A stretch of DNA of 64,000 nucleotides from an uncultured Phycisphaerales bacterium. Its GTDB lineage: Bacteria > Planctomycetota > Phycisphaerae > Tepidisphaerales > Tepidisphaeraceae. Made by a program: the position numbers and the translations under genes. The notes under the pieces were generated by a model, which did not search any database, was not told the DNA's origin, and saw nothing but the letters and a program-made list of their open reading frames with translations. The stretch is taken from NCBI GenBank assembly GCA_963755915.1, contig CAVWLP010000002.1, forward strand, positions 832,001-896,000, read 5' to 3'. Of the stretch, positions 39,447 through 50,967 are shown one piece after another. How positions within the stretch are numbered: position 1 is the first letter of the stretch; each line of letters begins with the position of its first letter.

Positions 39447-41702
39447 TTAAGCTGCGCGGCCGCCGTTGTTTTGGTACTCGTAGTAGGTTCGGATGTTTCG
39501 GCCATAGTAGCCGCCGCCCTGGGCGCGGACGGCATTGAGGACGATGCCAAGATGCTCCGCTTTGACCTGGCGGAGGGTGTCGCGCATTCGGGTGAGGACG
39601 CCGCGAGTGTTGGTGCGGGCGCGGACGATGGTGATGACGCCATCGACGCGCGGGGCGAGGGCGACAGTTTCGGAGACGAAGAGGAGCGGGCCGCTGTCGA
39701 AGATGACGTGGTCGAATTCTTCGAGGGCGCGTTCGATGAAATCGACGAGGAGCTGGCTTTCGACCAGTTCGGTGGCGTTGGTGGGCTTGTGACCGCTGGG
39801 GAGAACGAAGAGGTTGGGGACCTGCGTTTCCTGTACGGCGTGCTCGAAGATATCAAGGCTGTTGAGGACGTCGGAGAATCCCTGGTCGTTGGCCAAATTG
39901 AAGACGCGATGGAGTTCGGGCCTTCGGAAGTTGGCGTCGACGAGGAGGATTCGCCGGCCGTTGAGGGCCAACCCGCTGGCGAGGTTGCAGGCGATGGTGG
40001 ATTTTCCGTCGCCGGGCGAGGGGCTGGTGACCAGAAGCGTGCGCATGGTGTCGAGGGAAGAGCTGTGCTGAAGCCGGGTGCGGACCTGGCGGAGTTGCTC
40101 TGCCATCATGGAATGAGGCGCTTCGAAGATAACGACGGGGAGGCGAGCGCCGGCGGACTGTGGATCGTCATCCTCGTGGGGAACCATACCCAGAAGGTTG
40201 AGCGAACCGACACGGGTGATGTCGCGCGGGGAACGGATCGAGGTATCGAGCAGTTCACGCAGGAAGACGACGCCCAGCGCCAAGATCAGACCGGCGGCGA
40301 TGGCGACGATCATCGTCTGATAGAGCTTGGGGAAACTGGGCATTTCCGGGAGCTCGGGGAACGATTCCCAGGAGACACCGGCGAAATCGTGCTTGGCGTT
40401 GTAATTGGCGATTTCCTCAAGCTCATCCTCGGTTTTCTCAAGCTTCTGGTTGTCGCGGTCACGTTCGGCCTGCTTGAGGAGGAGCTGCTGCTCTTTTTCG
40501 GAGAGAGTCGCCATCTGCCCGGTGATGGATTTGATGTCGGTCTGGAGGGCGTCGGCCTGGCGCTTGGCGGAGTCGAGTTTTTCACGAAGCGATTCCTCGA
40601 CTTCGCTGCGATAACGGATGCGTGCCCTTTCCTCCTGCATTTTAAGGGTGTTCTCGACGGTGAGAGTTTCCTTTTGGAGGCGTTCGAGGCCGGGGCTGTC
40701 GGCCATCATCGTGCCGCCGGAGGAAGCCGAAAGCGAAGTTTCCAGGTCATTGGCCTGCCTGCGCAAATCCTTGATCGCATCATCGTCGTTGAGCATGGTC
40801 TCAACCTGCGGCACGTTGTTGGGATCATTTTGAATATGCACTTCAAGATTCTCGAATTCTTCCTTGGCAGTCTCTTCTGCCAATTGGGCGGTCTGCTCAC
40901 TCTGGATGAGCTGTTGGAGCTGCATGTCCTTTTCGCTGATTTTGCTCATTCCTTCGGTGACACCGTCGGCGTTGAGGTCGGCGAGGAGGTCGGCGATGTC
41001 GCCGTCGTCGAGCTTGACCTTGCCTTCCTCGGTGGTTCGCTCATTTTCCAGGTCAAGGTTGAAGGTGTAGCGGAGGTCGCGGTTGCGATCCTCCTGGTCC
41101 TTGATGTACTGATCGACGACGGATTTGACGATGATCTGGGCCGACTGGGGATCGGAGTCGGTAAAGCTGATCGCGATCAGCCGCGAATCAGGTGAAGAGC
41201 CGATTTCGAGATTATCCTCAAGATCGGCCTTTGCATCCTGGATGGTGGCGTGGCGGTGGAACCAGGCGGTGCTGCGGATATCGCCGTTGGGGTCCCTGAG
41301 CACTTCGGAAATGAGGGGCTTGCTTTTGAGCAAGGTGCTGTGGAGGCGGACCTCGATGGGGACGGCGGAGATGTTGTATTCGTCGTTGTTCTTGTTGAGG
41401 GCGTCTTCGTCGCCGGTTTCGACGATCCCGCGGACGACGACGGTTCCCTCGGCGGTGAAATGGGGGTGGTATTTAAGGAGCCAGTAGTTGACCCCGTAAC
41501 CGACGCCGCCGCTGACGACGAGGATAAGGAGGATAAGCCAGAAGTTTGATCGAATGACTCTCCAGGCGTCGGCGCCGGTCATGGCGGAGCCGGTACCGGG
41601 GCCATAGGCGACGGGCCCCATGGAAAGGGAGGCAGGCGCCGGGAGGGCGGAAAAACCTGGGCGTGGCAGTCGAACTGCCGCCGTCTGAGGTAAGGTAGTC
41701 AT
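39447..41702 (-). CDS. Polysaccharide co-polymerase / BY-kinase (Wzc-like)
   Basis: Two TM + coiled coil, SPSPGDGKS Walker A, LLVDANFRRP, IFDSGP, Tyr-rich tail YYGRNIRTYYEY. Confidence 0.93.
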   Translation of the reverse strand: MTTLPQTAAVRLPRPGFSALPAPASLSMGPVAYGPGTGSAMTGADAWRVIRSNFWLILLILVVSGGVGYGVNYWLLKYHPHFTAEGTVVVRGIVETGDEDALNKNNDEYNISAVPIEVRLHSTLLKSKPLISEVLRDPNGDIRSTAWFHRHATIQDAKADLEDNLEIGSSPDSRLIAISFTDSDPQSAQIIVKSVVDQYIKDQEDRNRDLRYTFNLDLENERTTEEGKVKLDDGDIADLLADLNADGVTEGMSKISEKDMQLQQLIQSEQTAQLAEETAKEEFENLEVHIQNDPNNVPQVETMLNDDDAIKDLRRQANDLETSLSASSGGTMMADSPGLERLQKETLTVENTLKMQEERARIRYRSEVEESLREKLDSAKRQADALQTDIKSITGQMATLSEKEQQLLLKQAERDRDNQKLEKTEDELEEIANYNAKHDFAGVSWESFPELPEMPSFPKLYQTMIVAIAAGLILALGVVFLRELLDTSIRSPRDITRVGSLNLLGMVPHEDDDPQSAGARLPVVIFEAPHSMMAEQLRQVRTRLQHSSSLDTMRTLLVTSPSPGDGKSTIACNLASGLALNGRRILLVDANFRRPELHRVFNLANDQGFSDVLNSLDIFEHAVQETQVPNLFVLPSGHKPTNATELVESQLLVDFIERALEEFDHVIFDSGPLLFVSETVALAPRVDGVITIVRARTNTRGVLTRMRDTLRQVKAEHLGIVLNAVRAQGGGYYGRNIRTYYEYQNNGGRAA

Positions 41703-41884
41703 AACGATACATCTCCTGAGGAGCCGGACCGACCGATAAATTTTGCGGGGTTTAAACCGCGGTCAGACTCCAGACCAACGTGCGGGAAGACGCACCCCTG
41801 TGGATTCCCGAACTCCATAGATACTCTCATTTTAGATCGAGGCATTCAAGTAATTTCCATATTTCCGGCAATTGGCCCAAGTGC

Positions 41885-44800
41885 TTATGGGGCCTGTGCC
41901 TGCTGCTGACCGGTCCTCAATTTCTCAGATCGGTCGAGCAAATCCTGGAGCTTAGCGCGAAGTACCGGGTCTTGCGCCGCGGGGTCCTGTTTTTTGATCA
42001 TTTGGAGGCCCAGTTTTGCCTGAAGCTCGGCCTGGGCGGCGTCGGGGGTATCCATCCGGAGATAGCCTTCACCGAGGTGAAGATAGGCGTCGGGGAATGG
42101 GGCGAAATTATTGAGGACGTCGTTAAGGGTATGGACGCCGTCGGGGGCCGACCCGCTGAGAATCATGAGCCAGGCCTGGGTATCCAGGAGTCTGGGTTCG
42201 GTTCGGCCGAGGAGGGACATTTTAGCGACTGCCTGGTTGGCATATTGGAGCCCTTCCTGGGCGCGCGGGGGGTTGTAGTTGTCGGCGAGGAGGCAGGCGA
42301 GGTTGTTCAGCGCCTCCAGGTTGTCAGGTTGAAGGGTGATCCAGCGTTTGTAAGCGGCATAGGCTTTGTCAACCATGGGGGTGGGCTTTGCGATCTGGTA
42401 CATGACGGCGGCGGTGCCCAGGACGTTGACCTGGTCGGCGAGGCTGAGCTTGTCGAGGTTGCCCATGATGCCGTCCATCGTAGAGACCGCGGAGTTGGAA
42501 TCGCCGTGGGTCTGATAGAGTTGGGCGACACAGATCTGCCCGATGACGTTGTTTTGGGAGATGGCGGAGACATCGTTGACGGCCTCGTCGAAGCCGAACA
42601 GGCTGTAGATGCTTCGGGCGATGGCGTCGAGGTCGATGGAATCGCGATCGTTGGCGGCGGCCTGAAGGGCACGTTTAAAGTCGGGGAGGGCCTGGTCGCT
42701 GGAAAGATTTTTTTCCGCCAGGGCGACGTCCCACAGCGCCCAGGACGTGGGTTTGAACTTTGGATCGAGCGCCGTGTAGTGATCGACGACGGCCTGCCAG
42801 TTCTGACTATGCCTCAGGAGCTCCATGTTGGTTCGAACGATTGTTTCGTTCTGAGGAGCCAGCGAGAGGGCGATCTCGCTCTTTGCCATGGCGTCCTGAA
42901 GGTCGCCGGTTTGGTCGAAAAGGACGGCCTCGCCCTGGAAGACGTCGGGGTCTTTGTTGAAGGGGGGAACGGAATCGACGTCCTGGAAAATTCTCAGCGC
43001 CTCGGTAAGGCGGGGATGGGGCCCGGTGCTGTAGAGCCGGGCGAGGCGCATGCGGATGTCCTTGTTGTTTGGATCGATGCGCAGACCGGCTTCGAGTTCC
43101 TTCTCGGCGGCGTCCTGCTGGTTGAGAAGCGTATAGGCGTCGGCGAGATAGAACCGTACTTCGAGGCTGGTGGGAGTGGACTGGCGGACGATTTCCAGGT
43201 CCTGTAGGGCGCCGCTGGGATCGGGGGGACGGGTGCGAAGGCGCGCCCGGCCGCGACAGAACAGAGCCGTTTGATCGTTGGGGGTGATGGCCAGGGCCTT
43301 GGTTGCACGGTCGACGGCGTCGGCAAAATGATTGTGCTCATAGAGGCACAGAGCCCAGATCGTCAGGAGCGTTTCCGCGTTGGGAGGATTGTTGCTGAGA
43401 TCGGAGCGGAGCTCGGCCTGGGCGGCGTCGAAGCGGTCTGAAACCAGAAGGATCTGGATAATTTTTTCGCGCACCTGCGGCACGTCGGAGTTGACTTCGC
43501 GCAGCAGGTGGATGGCGTCGTCGTACTTCTTGTGCAGGGCGAGAAGGCTTGCCATGCGAATCTGAAGGTCGTAGCGATAGCCGGAGCGTGCCATGGCGTC
43601 GTGCATTTGTTCTTCGGCCTGGTCGGGCATTCCGACACGCTCGTAAAAGCTGGAGAGCGCGACATAGGGATCCGGCTGGATGCGCCACTGGGGACGAGCG
43701 GCCCAGTCGTTGAGGGTCTGAAGGGCGTCATTAGGTTGTTTGGCGGCGAGTTGGCAGTCGGAGAGGGCGATATAGAGCTCCTCTTCGTCGGGCCACTGAT
43801 CAATTTTTGGTTTGAGGAGAGTGACCGCGGCCTGCGCCTGCTTGGTCGCGTCGTCGGGCTGATTGTTCCTGCGGAGAATATCGCAATAGCGAAGGACGAC
43901 GTCGGCCATGGCGGCGTAAAGCTCGGGCTGATCGGGGCGCGCGGCCAGTTCCTGCTGAATATCCTTGACGGCGTCGGAAGGCTGGCCATAGGTCAACTCA
44001 TGGCTGAGGCGCATTTTGCTGAGCGTGGGTTCCTCGGGAAGGCGGCCCAGGCCGTCATTTAGCGTGTGCAGGGCGTCGTCGGGACGGTGCATGGCGTAGT
44101 AGCACTTGGCCAGACCGACGTAGGCTTCGACAAGGTTGGATTCCTTCTGAAGAGCGACGAGATACTGGGGCACGGCCTGGTCGAATTGCCCTTCGGCCTG
44201 GAGGACGTCTCCAAGCGACAGCCAGGAGCGCGCGAACTGTGCCTTGTCGAGCGTGAGCCGGCGGGCGATCGTTTCCGCGGTGGCGTTGTCCTTGCGGGCC
44301 ATGGCCAGGCCGAGGCGGTACAGATCGCCGCCGGCGTGATCGGCATCCGCAGCGGCAAGGAGGGGGATGCACGCGGCGGCATCGTCGTAGCGTTCGGTTT
44401 TCAGGTAGAGGTTGAAAAGCAAGTCCTGGACGCGGGCGGAATCCGGCGCCAGTTTTGCCGCGGCTTTCAGATGCGCCTCGGTGCCGACGTCGTCGTTGTG
44501 TTTGGCGGCCAGACCGGCAAGGATGAGCTGGCCCTGCACCTTGTCCGGATTTTCCTTGGCCATGTCCATCTGCATGCTTTCGATCACCTTGGGATCTTCG
44601 CCCTTGATGCCGGGGATCATCAGTCGCAGGCGCACATCCGTGGGATTGGCCGCCAGACCGCGCTGGGCGGCGGCGAGGCATTCATCTTTCCGGCCCAGAT
44701 GGAAGAGAATCTGGGTGAGAACGACCCAGTCGTCGGCGTCGGTCGGATTTTTATCGACGCTTTCGCGGAAAAGGCGGACCGCATCCTCGTCATCCTGAAT

Positions 44801-46529
44801 GGTCATCGCAACCCGCGCCTTCACGCTGCACTGGCGCGGCGAGTTTTCGGGGAGGACCGTATAGAGCCGCTCAATCTTCTCACGATTTTTGTCCGGCTCG
44901 CTGAGGAGCAACTGAATGCGGAAGATCGTGATTTCAGGGTCGTTGGGGGTGAGCTTGACGAGGTTTTCGATCAGAGGCGGCGCCTGGTCGGGCTGCTCGA
45001 TGATCAGCAGGCGAATCAGATGCTTGATGACCGGAACGTCGTTGGGATATTCGGCGTTGACGTCCTTGAGGATCTGGACCGCGTTGGCGGTCTGATTGGT
45101 GTCCTCATATCCCTGGGCGAGGAGGGTTTGGAAAGTGTACCAGTAGGAATCTTTTTTCGAGGGGGCGTTGTCGGCCATCAGCTTGCTGATGTTCTGGATG
45201 CCCGTCATTTCATCGTCGCCGCCAGACCCGATCTGGAAGCGGGCTTCGATTTCCTTGATCGGATAGATGACGCGGAAACCGGCCACGCTGTCGAGCTTAT
45301 CGAGCAGCGAGCGGATTTCGGTGCGCAGCTTCGTTTTCTGGTCGGAGGTCTTCATGGGGAGGTAACGGAAGACGTCGATCTTGGCCAGCTCGATCATGGC
45401 GGCAAAACGGACGCCGCCCAGGGCGATATGGTTGGGATCGTCGGAGAGGGAGGCGAGCGTGTTTCGCAGGACATCGACGGCCTGATCCTGCATCTCGGGC
45501 GACCGGCCCAGCAGGTCGGCGCTGGAGGCGAACGCGCGGGCTATCGGGCATCTCGTCGTAGATTTTCAGAGCGCCCTTCACGTCGTTGCGTGAAACGGCC
45601 ATGTCGGCGGCGAACTGGTAGATATCGAGGTATTCCGGCTGGTCCGACTTGGCGAGGGACATGGCCTTGGCGATTTCGTCCTGGGCGCGGTCCTGGTATT
45701 TCTTCTTGTTGTCGGGGCTGGATTGATCGGCGCCGGAGAGTCCTTCGAGCACGCGAGCGAAGGCGTAGTGCATCGCGGCGTTACCGGCCTGCGAACCGCC
45801 GTTGGCGCCGGTCAGGACGGATTCGAAAATGGCGACGGCATTTTGATAGTGCTGGGTAACTTCCGGGGGCTGTTCGAGCGCGCCGAACTGGGCCGCGAGC
45901 AGCTGTCCTTTTTCGGCTTCGGAAGTGGCGATGGCCAGGGCGAGGTCGGCGCTGGCCGGATTCTTCGCCCAGAGGTCCTTCATTTCCTTGATGGCGCCAT
46001 CGACTTCGGACTGGTCGGCGTCGAGGCCACCGGCCCAGGCCTGCATGACCAGCTTGTCGGCCTGGATTTCCATCGGCTGGCCGTGAGCGGGGTCCGCCTG
46101 GTAGGCGCGGCGGCTGTAGTCGATCGCATTGCGGAAGGAAGTTGCATTCGGGACCTGGGAGACTTCCTTGCGATAAACCTCGGCGAGCGACTCGAGGGCG
46201 GGTAAGTAATTGGGATTGATTTCCAGGGCCTGGCTGTAGGCGAAAATTTCGGCGGAGAAAGCGGTGGGATCGAACTGGACCAACTGATCGTATGCCTCGC
46301 CAAGGCGGATATCGGTGTCGGGGTTGTGGACATCGAGGGCGGCGGCTTTGGTGTAATTGGCGACGGCGTCCTGCCAGTTGTGGTCCTTCATGTCCTCGTC
46401 GCCGAGGGCGATGTAATGATCCGGGTGGTCGTGGATAAGGAAGTGTTCCGCGAAGAGCACCGCGGCAACAAGCCCAATGAAACAGAGGAGCAATATCGTT
46501 AAAAACCTTGTGTTGAGCCGTCTTGCCAT
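41885..46529 (-). CDS. Large membrane-anchored TPR protein of the exosortase locus (PrsT-like), frameshift at ~45500
   Basis: N-terminal TM MARRLNTRFL.., many TPRs, terminal ALNNLA..LDTQAW; two ORFs join to ~1540 aa. Confidence 0.85.
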
Positions 46530-46661
46530 TGGTTTCTCTTCGAACTCCGCCTGAAATTGACCGATAAATCGGCCCGACCGAAGGAATTGGGTATCAGGAA
46601 TTATGCTTCATGAAGCGTAAAGTTGCATGTAAAACCGCGACCCTGACGCTGTGGAAGCCTC

Positions 46662-47657
46662 CTACGCATGGGAATGCTTCAGTTTCTGCCAATCTGGGAA
46701 GCATAATTCGATTTGGGGTCTGGCGACGGTCAGGAAATCGGTCATAGCCGCGCTGGCGACATCGGTATCCTCACCGAGGGTCATTAGTTCGATTTTGGCG
46801 TAATAACCGTAGCGTTCGGCGAGGTTTTCGAGGGTTTGGCGGACGCCGAGGGGGTCGCTTTCATAGTGCCCGTTGGTGTGAAAGACGTAGGCGACGCACT
46901 TGGAAACGCGGTTGTTGCCGGTGGAGTCCTGGAAGCTGATGAATCGGACCGCCAGGGGAAGGGATTTGCCCGCCGGGTCGGGGCCAAGCTGCCAGGTCGG
47001 CTGGGTATAGGAGTTGGGTTCGTAGCCGTCGGCAATGTAGCAGCGGTCGGGAATGTGGGCGACGGTATCGACCAGCCCGGTGTAATAGGTGAGGCCCAGG
47101 TGAATGACGTCGCCGGCGTGTCCGCGCATTTCAACCGAGGTGATGATCCCCTTTCGCTCGGAGGGCGTCTTGTTCTTGAGGCAGTCGTCGATCATCTTGA
47201 TCTGCTGATCGAAGGTGGCGGCGTTGAATTTCGTTCGGGCGGCTTCGGCGTCGGCCTCGGCGGCCTGATCGCTGGTGGGGTCCTTGGTGGGGGAAGAAGT
47301 CACGTCGAGCCTGGCGGCCACGAAGGCGACCAGGTCCGCGCCGGCGCGATCCACCTGAATGTAATCGCGATACATGTAGTTTTCGGTCCCCAGAACGTCT
47401 TCCATTTCCTTATCGAGCTTGTCGTCCTGCGAGACCTGGAGCCAGTGGCCCATGAGCGGGGGAATCTGGGTGAACTCGCGGGGCTGCGGTACAGCTTCCT
47501 TTTTGAAGTGGAGCTTGAGGTTCCAGACGAAGCCGTTGAACGTGACCGCGGAAAGCAGAAGGATTCCGGCGACGACCAGGAAGGTGGTGTGAGCGATCCC
47601 GCGAGGGGATTTTATGGGGGATTTTGTTGCGAATGATTGTGTTGGAGTTGAATTCAT
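46662..47657 (-). CDS. Exosortase-associated EpsI-family protein
   Basis: N-terminal TM, YYTG..DTVAHIPDRCY..GY; directly downstream of exosortase. Confidence 0.85.
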   Translation of the reverse strand: MNSTPTQSFATKSPIKSPRGIAHTTFLVVAGILLLSAVTFNGFVWNLKLHFKKEAVPQPREFTQIPPLMGHWLQVSQDDKLDKEMEDVLGTENYMYRDYIQVDRAGADLVAFVAARLDVTSSPTKDPTSDQAAEADAEAARTKFNAATFDQQIKMIDDCLKNKTPSERKGIITSVEMRGHAGDVIHLGLTYYTGLVDTVAHIPDRCYIADGYEPNSYTQPTWQLGPDPAGKSLPLAVRFISFQDSTGNNRVSKCVAYVFHTNGHYESDPLGVRQTLENLAERYGYYAKIELMTLGEDTDVASAAMTDFLTVARPQIELCFPDWQKLKHSHA

Positions 47658-49294
47658 GGTTGGTCACCGGGTCCTGGGTTCTGATTGCCGTCGGCCGGAC
47701 GCTTGCGAGGCGTGGGAGTGCGCGGGGCAAGGCGGACTGAAGGGGGCGGCGGGACGACGGATTTCGGATCGCGCAGCGCGCCGGCGCCGGCGCGGAACTT
47801 GGCTTGGGAGGGGTTTGCGGTTTGGTTCGAAGGATTAAAATTGGAGGAGGCGTTTGCGCGGCGGGCCTGGGCGCCGGGGCGGCGCGGCGTTGCCACGGAT
47901 TTCCGCCAGGCTGCGACGCGCGGGCGGAGCTTTTGCCGGATCGGCCGCGGGCGCAGGCGATGCCGGCGCCGGCCTGGGGGCTACCGGCGGGGGCGGTGTG
48001 TCATTGCCGCGAATCTCCGCCAGCGTGCGCGGCGCCGTCGCGGGAATTGCCGCCGGTATCGGGGCCGAATTGCGGGTGATCACCTTCGGGGCGTGGGCGA
48101 CGAACCGGCGGTCGATCTGCTCGACGAATATCTGATCCAGGACCCATCCCACCAGCAATATCAGCAGGAATGCCGGGATCAACATGATCAGCCCCACGAA
48201 CTGGTGGGCGAAGTTTTCGGAAAGCGAGTGGCTGACGTAGCGATCGAGAAGCCCCTGCCCGGAGACGCGCATGACGTTACAAAAGATGGCGATGGGCACC
48301 GCGAAAAGAACGACGATAATTTTTTGCCACAGGGGCCGGTGAGAGAGGAAGGCGACTGCCGCCGCGACGGAGACGAAGGTCATGAGGGAGCGCATTCCCG
48401 CACAGGCTTCGGCGACGTTGAGGGTTCGCCAGTTGCCGTCGCCGCCGATCATCGAGATTTTGGTCCCGCCGACGTTGGCTTCGACGCCGGTGAGCTGAAG
48501 CGTCCAGACCGCGACGTTGGCGGCGAGCTGCTGGAGGGGGCCGGCGACTTTGCTGTAGACCAGGCCCGGCCAGGGGATTCCGCAGACCAGGAAGATGATG
48601 GGGAACCAGGCGATCTTCATGACTTCCCACCCCGTCAGCGCCAGAACCACGCCGAAGAGGGTGACGACCATCCCGAAATCTTTGAGGAAGTCGTTCTGTC
48701 CGGGGAAGATTGCGTATTGGAAAATGGCGATGCCGAAGAGCATGATGAACCCGCCGAACCAGCCGGCGGAATGTTCCTGGGCGCGCTTCATGAGCGAATC
48801 AGAGCGGCGGGTGAGGGTCAGGCCGAAAGTTGTCGCGATGATGAATGCGGAAAGCGCGGCGGCGGGGAAGAAGATCGGGGTGATTTCTTCGCGGATCAGA
48901 GCAAGGGGAAAAAGGGCAACGAGTGAAATCAGGACCCCAACCCGCAGCGCGGTTTGCGACCGCGAAAGCTCGGCGGGCTCTGAGGGGCTCAGCAATTTGT
49001 CGCGGTTGACATAAAGATAGTAGAGCCCGATGAAGGGGATGCAGATGGCGTGGCCCCAGTTGGCGTCGCCGTAGAAGGGGTTGGTCTTGTCCCAGAGCCG
49101 GCGAAGATTGGGCCAGAAGAGACGCCAAAGAGAAGGACGATGACCCCGATTTGAATCCAGGCGGACTGGGTAAGGCCGAGAATCAGTGGCTGTGAAGCCG
49201 GCTCAGCCCGATCCTGATGGCGATCGGGGGCGAAAGCACCACCGAAGGCAACATCGGCGGCGACCCCCACGTCGTTAATCTGCGTCTGGCTCAT
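47654..49294 (-). CDS. Exosortase (EpsH/Xrt family), frameshifted, with Pro/Ala/Arg-rich tail
   Basis: NWGH..IP, LNVAEACAGMRSL (Cys), NVMRV (Arg), FAHQFVG (His); tail ORF ends in ATGA overlap with EpsI. Confidence 0.92.
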
Positions 49295-49494
49295 GAGAGA
49301 CTACAACCAGCCGCCCTCCTGGCGATTCAAAAAAAAACAGTTCGTGTCGGACAGATACGCCGGAAACTGGCCACCGGTTCAATGACCTCGCAAAACCGGC
49401 GCGATCCAACTACTGCGGCATCGGACCTTTATCTCACAGAAATAACATTCAGATCATATTCGCCGCAAGAATGGACCGATAAAAAACCCTCGCA

Positions 49495-50957
49495 TTAGAA
49501 GAAGTTATTAGGCCCATTATAGAAGTTCTGGTCATAAACAAAGCCCGCTCCATAGGAAAATTGGAAGGAATTCCGCACCGCCGCCAAAAAGGGCGCGAAA
49601 ATGTCGGTGCCCACATAGATGAAGTCGTTGGGCTTGAGATAAAGATCGGGCTCCTGAAGATTTAGAACCTTGTCGAGGTGCACGCGGAGGCCGACCTCAC
49701 GGTTGCTGCCGACGCGACGGATGATCTCGGTTCGGAAAGGCATGGCGAGGTCATCGGCCCCGCCGGCAGCAATCCATGCCTGTTTGAGGGTCACCTTTTC
49801 GCCTGTGAGTCCGAACACACCGGGACGGACGACGTGACCACCCATATAATAGACGCCGTTGGTGGGGTCGGGGACGATGATCATATCGTCGGGACGGATC
49901 ACGATGTTGTATTTGAGATCGCCGTATTGACGCAGTTGGTCGATCGGTACGCGGATGATGCGTTCATCCGTCGGGGCTTCCAGGTCGTCGAACTTGAAGA
50001 CCTTGCCGCTGGGCGGAGGCGGAGCGGCGTCGTCAGAGGCAGAATCCGGGGCGGCGATGGAAAGCAGCTTGGGGGCATTAGAAGCCGGGTTGCGCGGCCC
50101 TGGGGTCCCGGGGCCGTGGGGGGAGGCGCCAGCAGATCGCCAGGCGCTGTCGTGGGTGTCGGCGCAGGCGTCGTCGGCTGCGGCTCGGGAGTCATGCCCG
50201 GTTGCTGAGACGGCGGAGGAGGCGTTGTCTCCGGAGACTCGGGGGCGGGGGGAATGCTTGAAGGGTTCAGCTCATCAGTGCCGGGCTGCGTCACCTTGCG
50301 GATGACGTAGGCGTAGGGAACGCCGATTGCCACCGCCGGAGCATGCGCCGTGACCATCGCGTCGAGCATGCGGAAATCAGGCTTGGTGAGCTGGTATTCG
50401 CCCGGCGAGCCGACGTTGCCCTGGATGCTGAACGTGCGGGCGCGGGCTTCTTCAACGGTGACCGAGACCCGCGCGTTGCGGATCAGCCGGGCGTCTTCGT
50501 AGGCCTTGGAGACCGCGTCTTCAAGTTGGCGCTCGGTGAGGTCGGAGGCTTTCACCGGCTGAATGAACGGGAGGCTGATCATTCCGGTTTCGGTGACGCG
50601 GGCGGTTTTCACCTGCTCGCCGGTGCCTTCGCCCAGAAGATCGAAGATCGAAATGCTCACCAGGTCGTTGGGGCCGATCTTGTAGTCGGTGATGTCGGGG
50701 ACCAGATCGGCGGGCTCGATGTCGCTGGCGCTCGCGAAAGCGGTGTTGGGTTCCTCGATTCCGCTGGCGACCGTGTCGAGGATGGGAACGACGAGGGGGT
50801 GTTGCGTGGTGTCCGGATCGACAATGCGCGGTTCGCCGGGGTTGATGAAGTCGTTGATTTCGCAGCCGCTCAGCATCGCGGTGAGGGCAACGAGAACGAC
50901 GACCTTGAATGCGCCGTTGAGACGGACGATACGCGGGGTATTTGAATACGAAATCAA
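49495..50957 (-). CDS. Polysaccharide export lipoprotein (Wza/SLBB family), copy 2, frameshifted
   Basis: AAGGAG + TTG start, LSGC lipobox, YKIGPNDLV, G.ISLPFI, YYMGGHV.RPG. Confidence 0.88.
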
Positions 50958-50967
50958 AAGCCGCTCC

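Noticed and set aside
39471-45859. Long + strand ORFs (574, 475, 597 aa) and the 818-aa minus ORF at 58997-61453
   Set aside because: Antisense shadows of Wzc, TPR and recJ typical of high-GC DNA; no motifs
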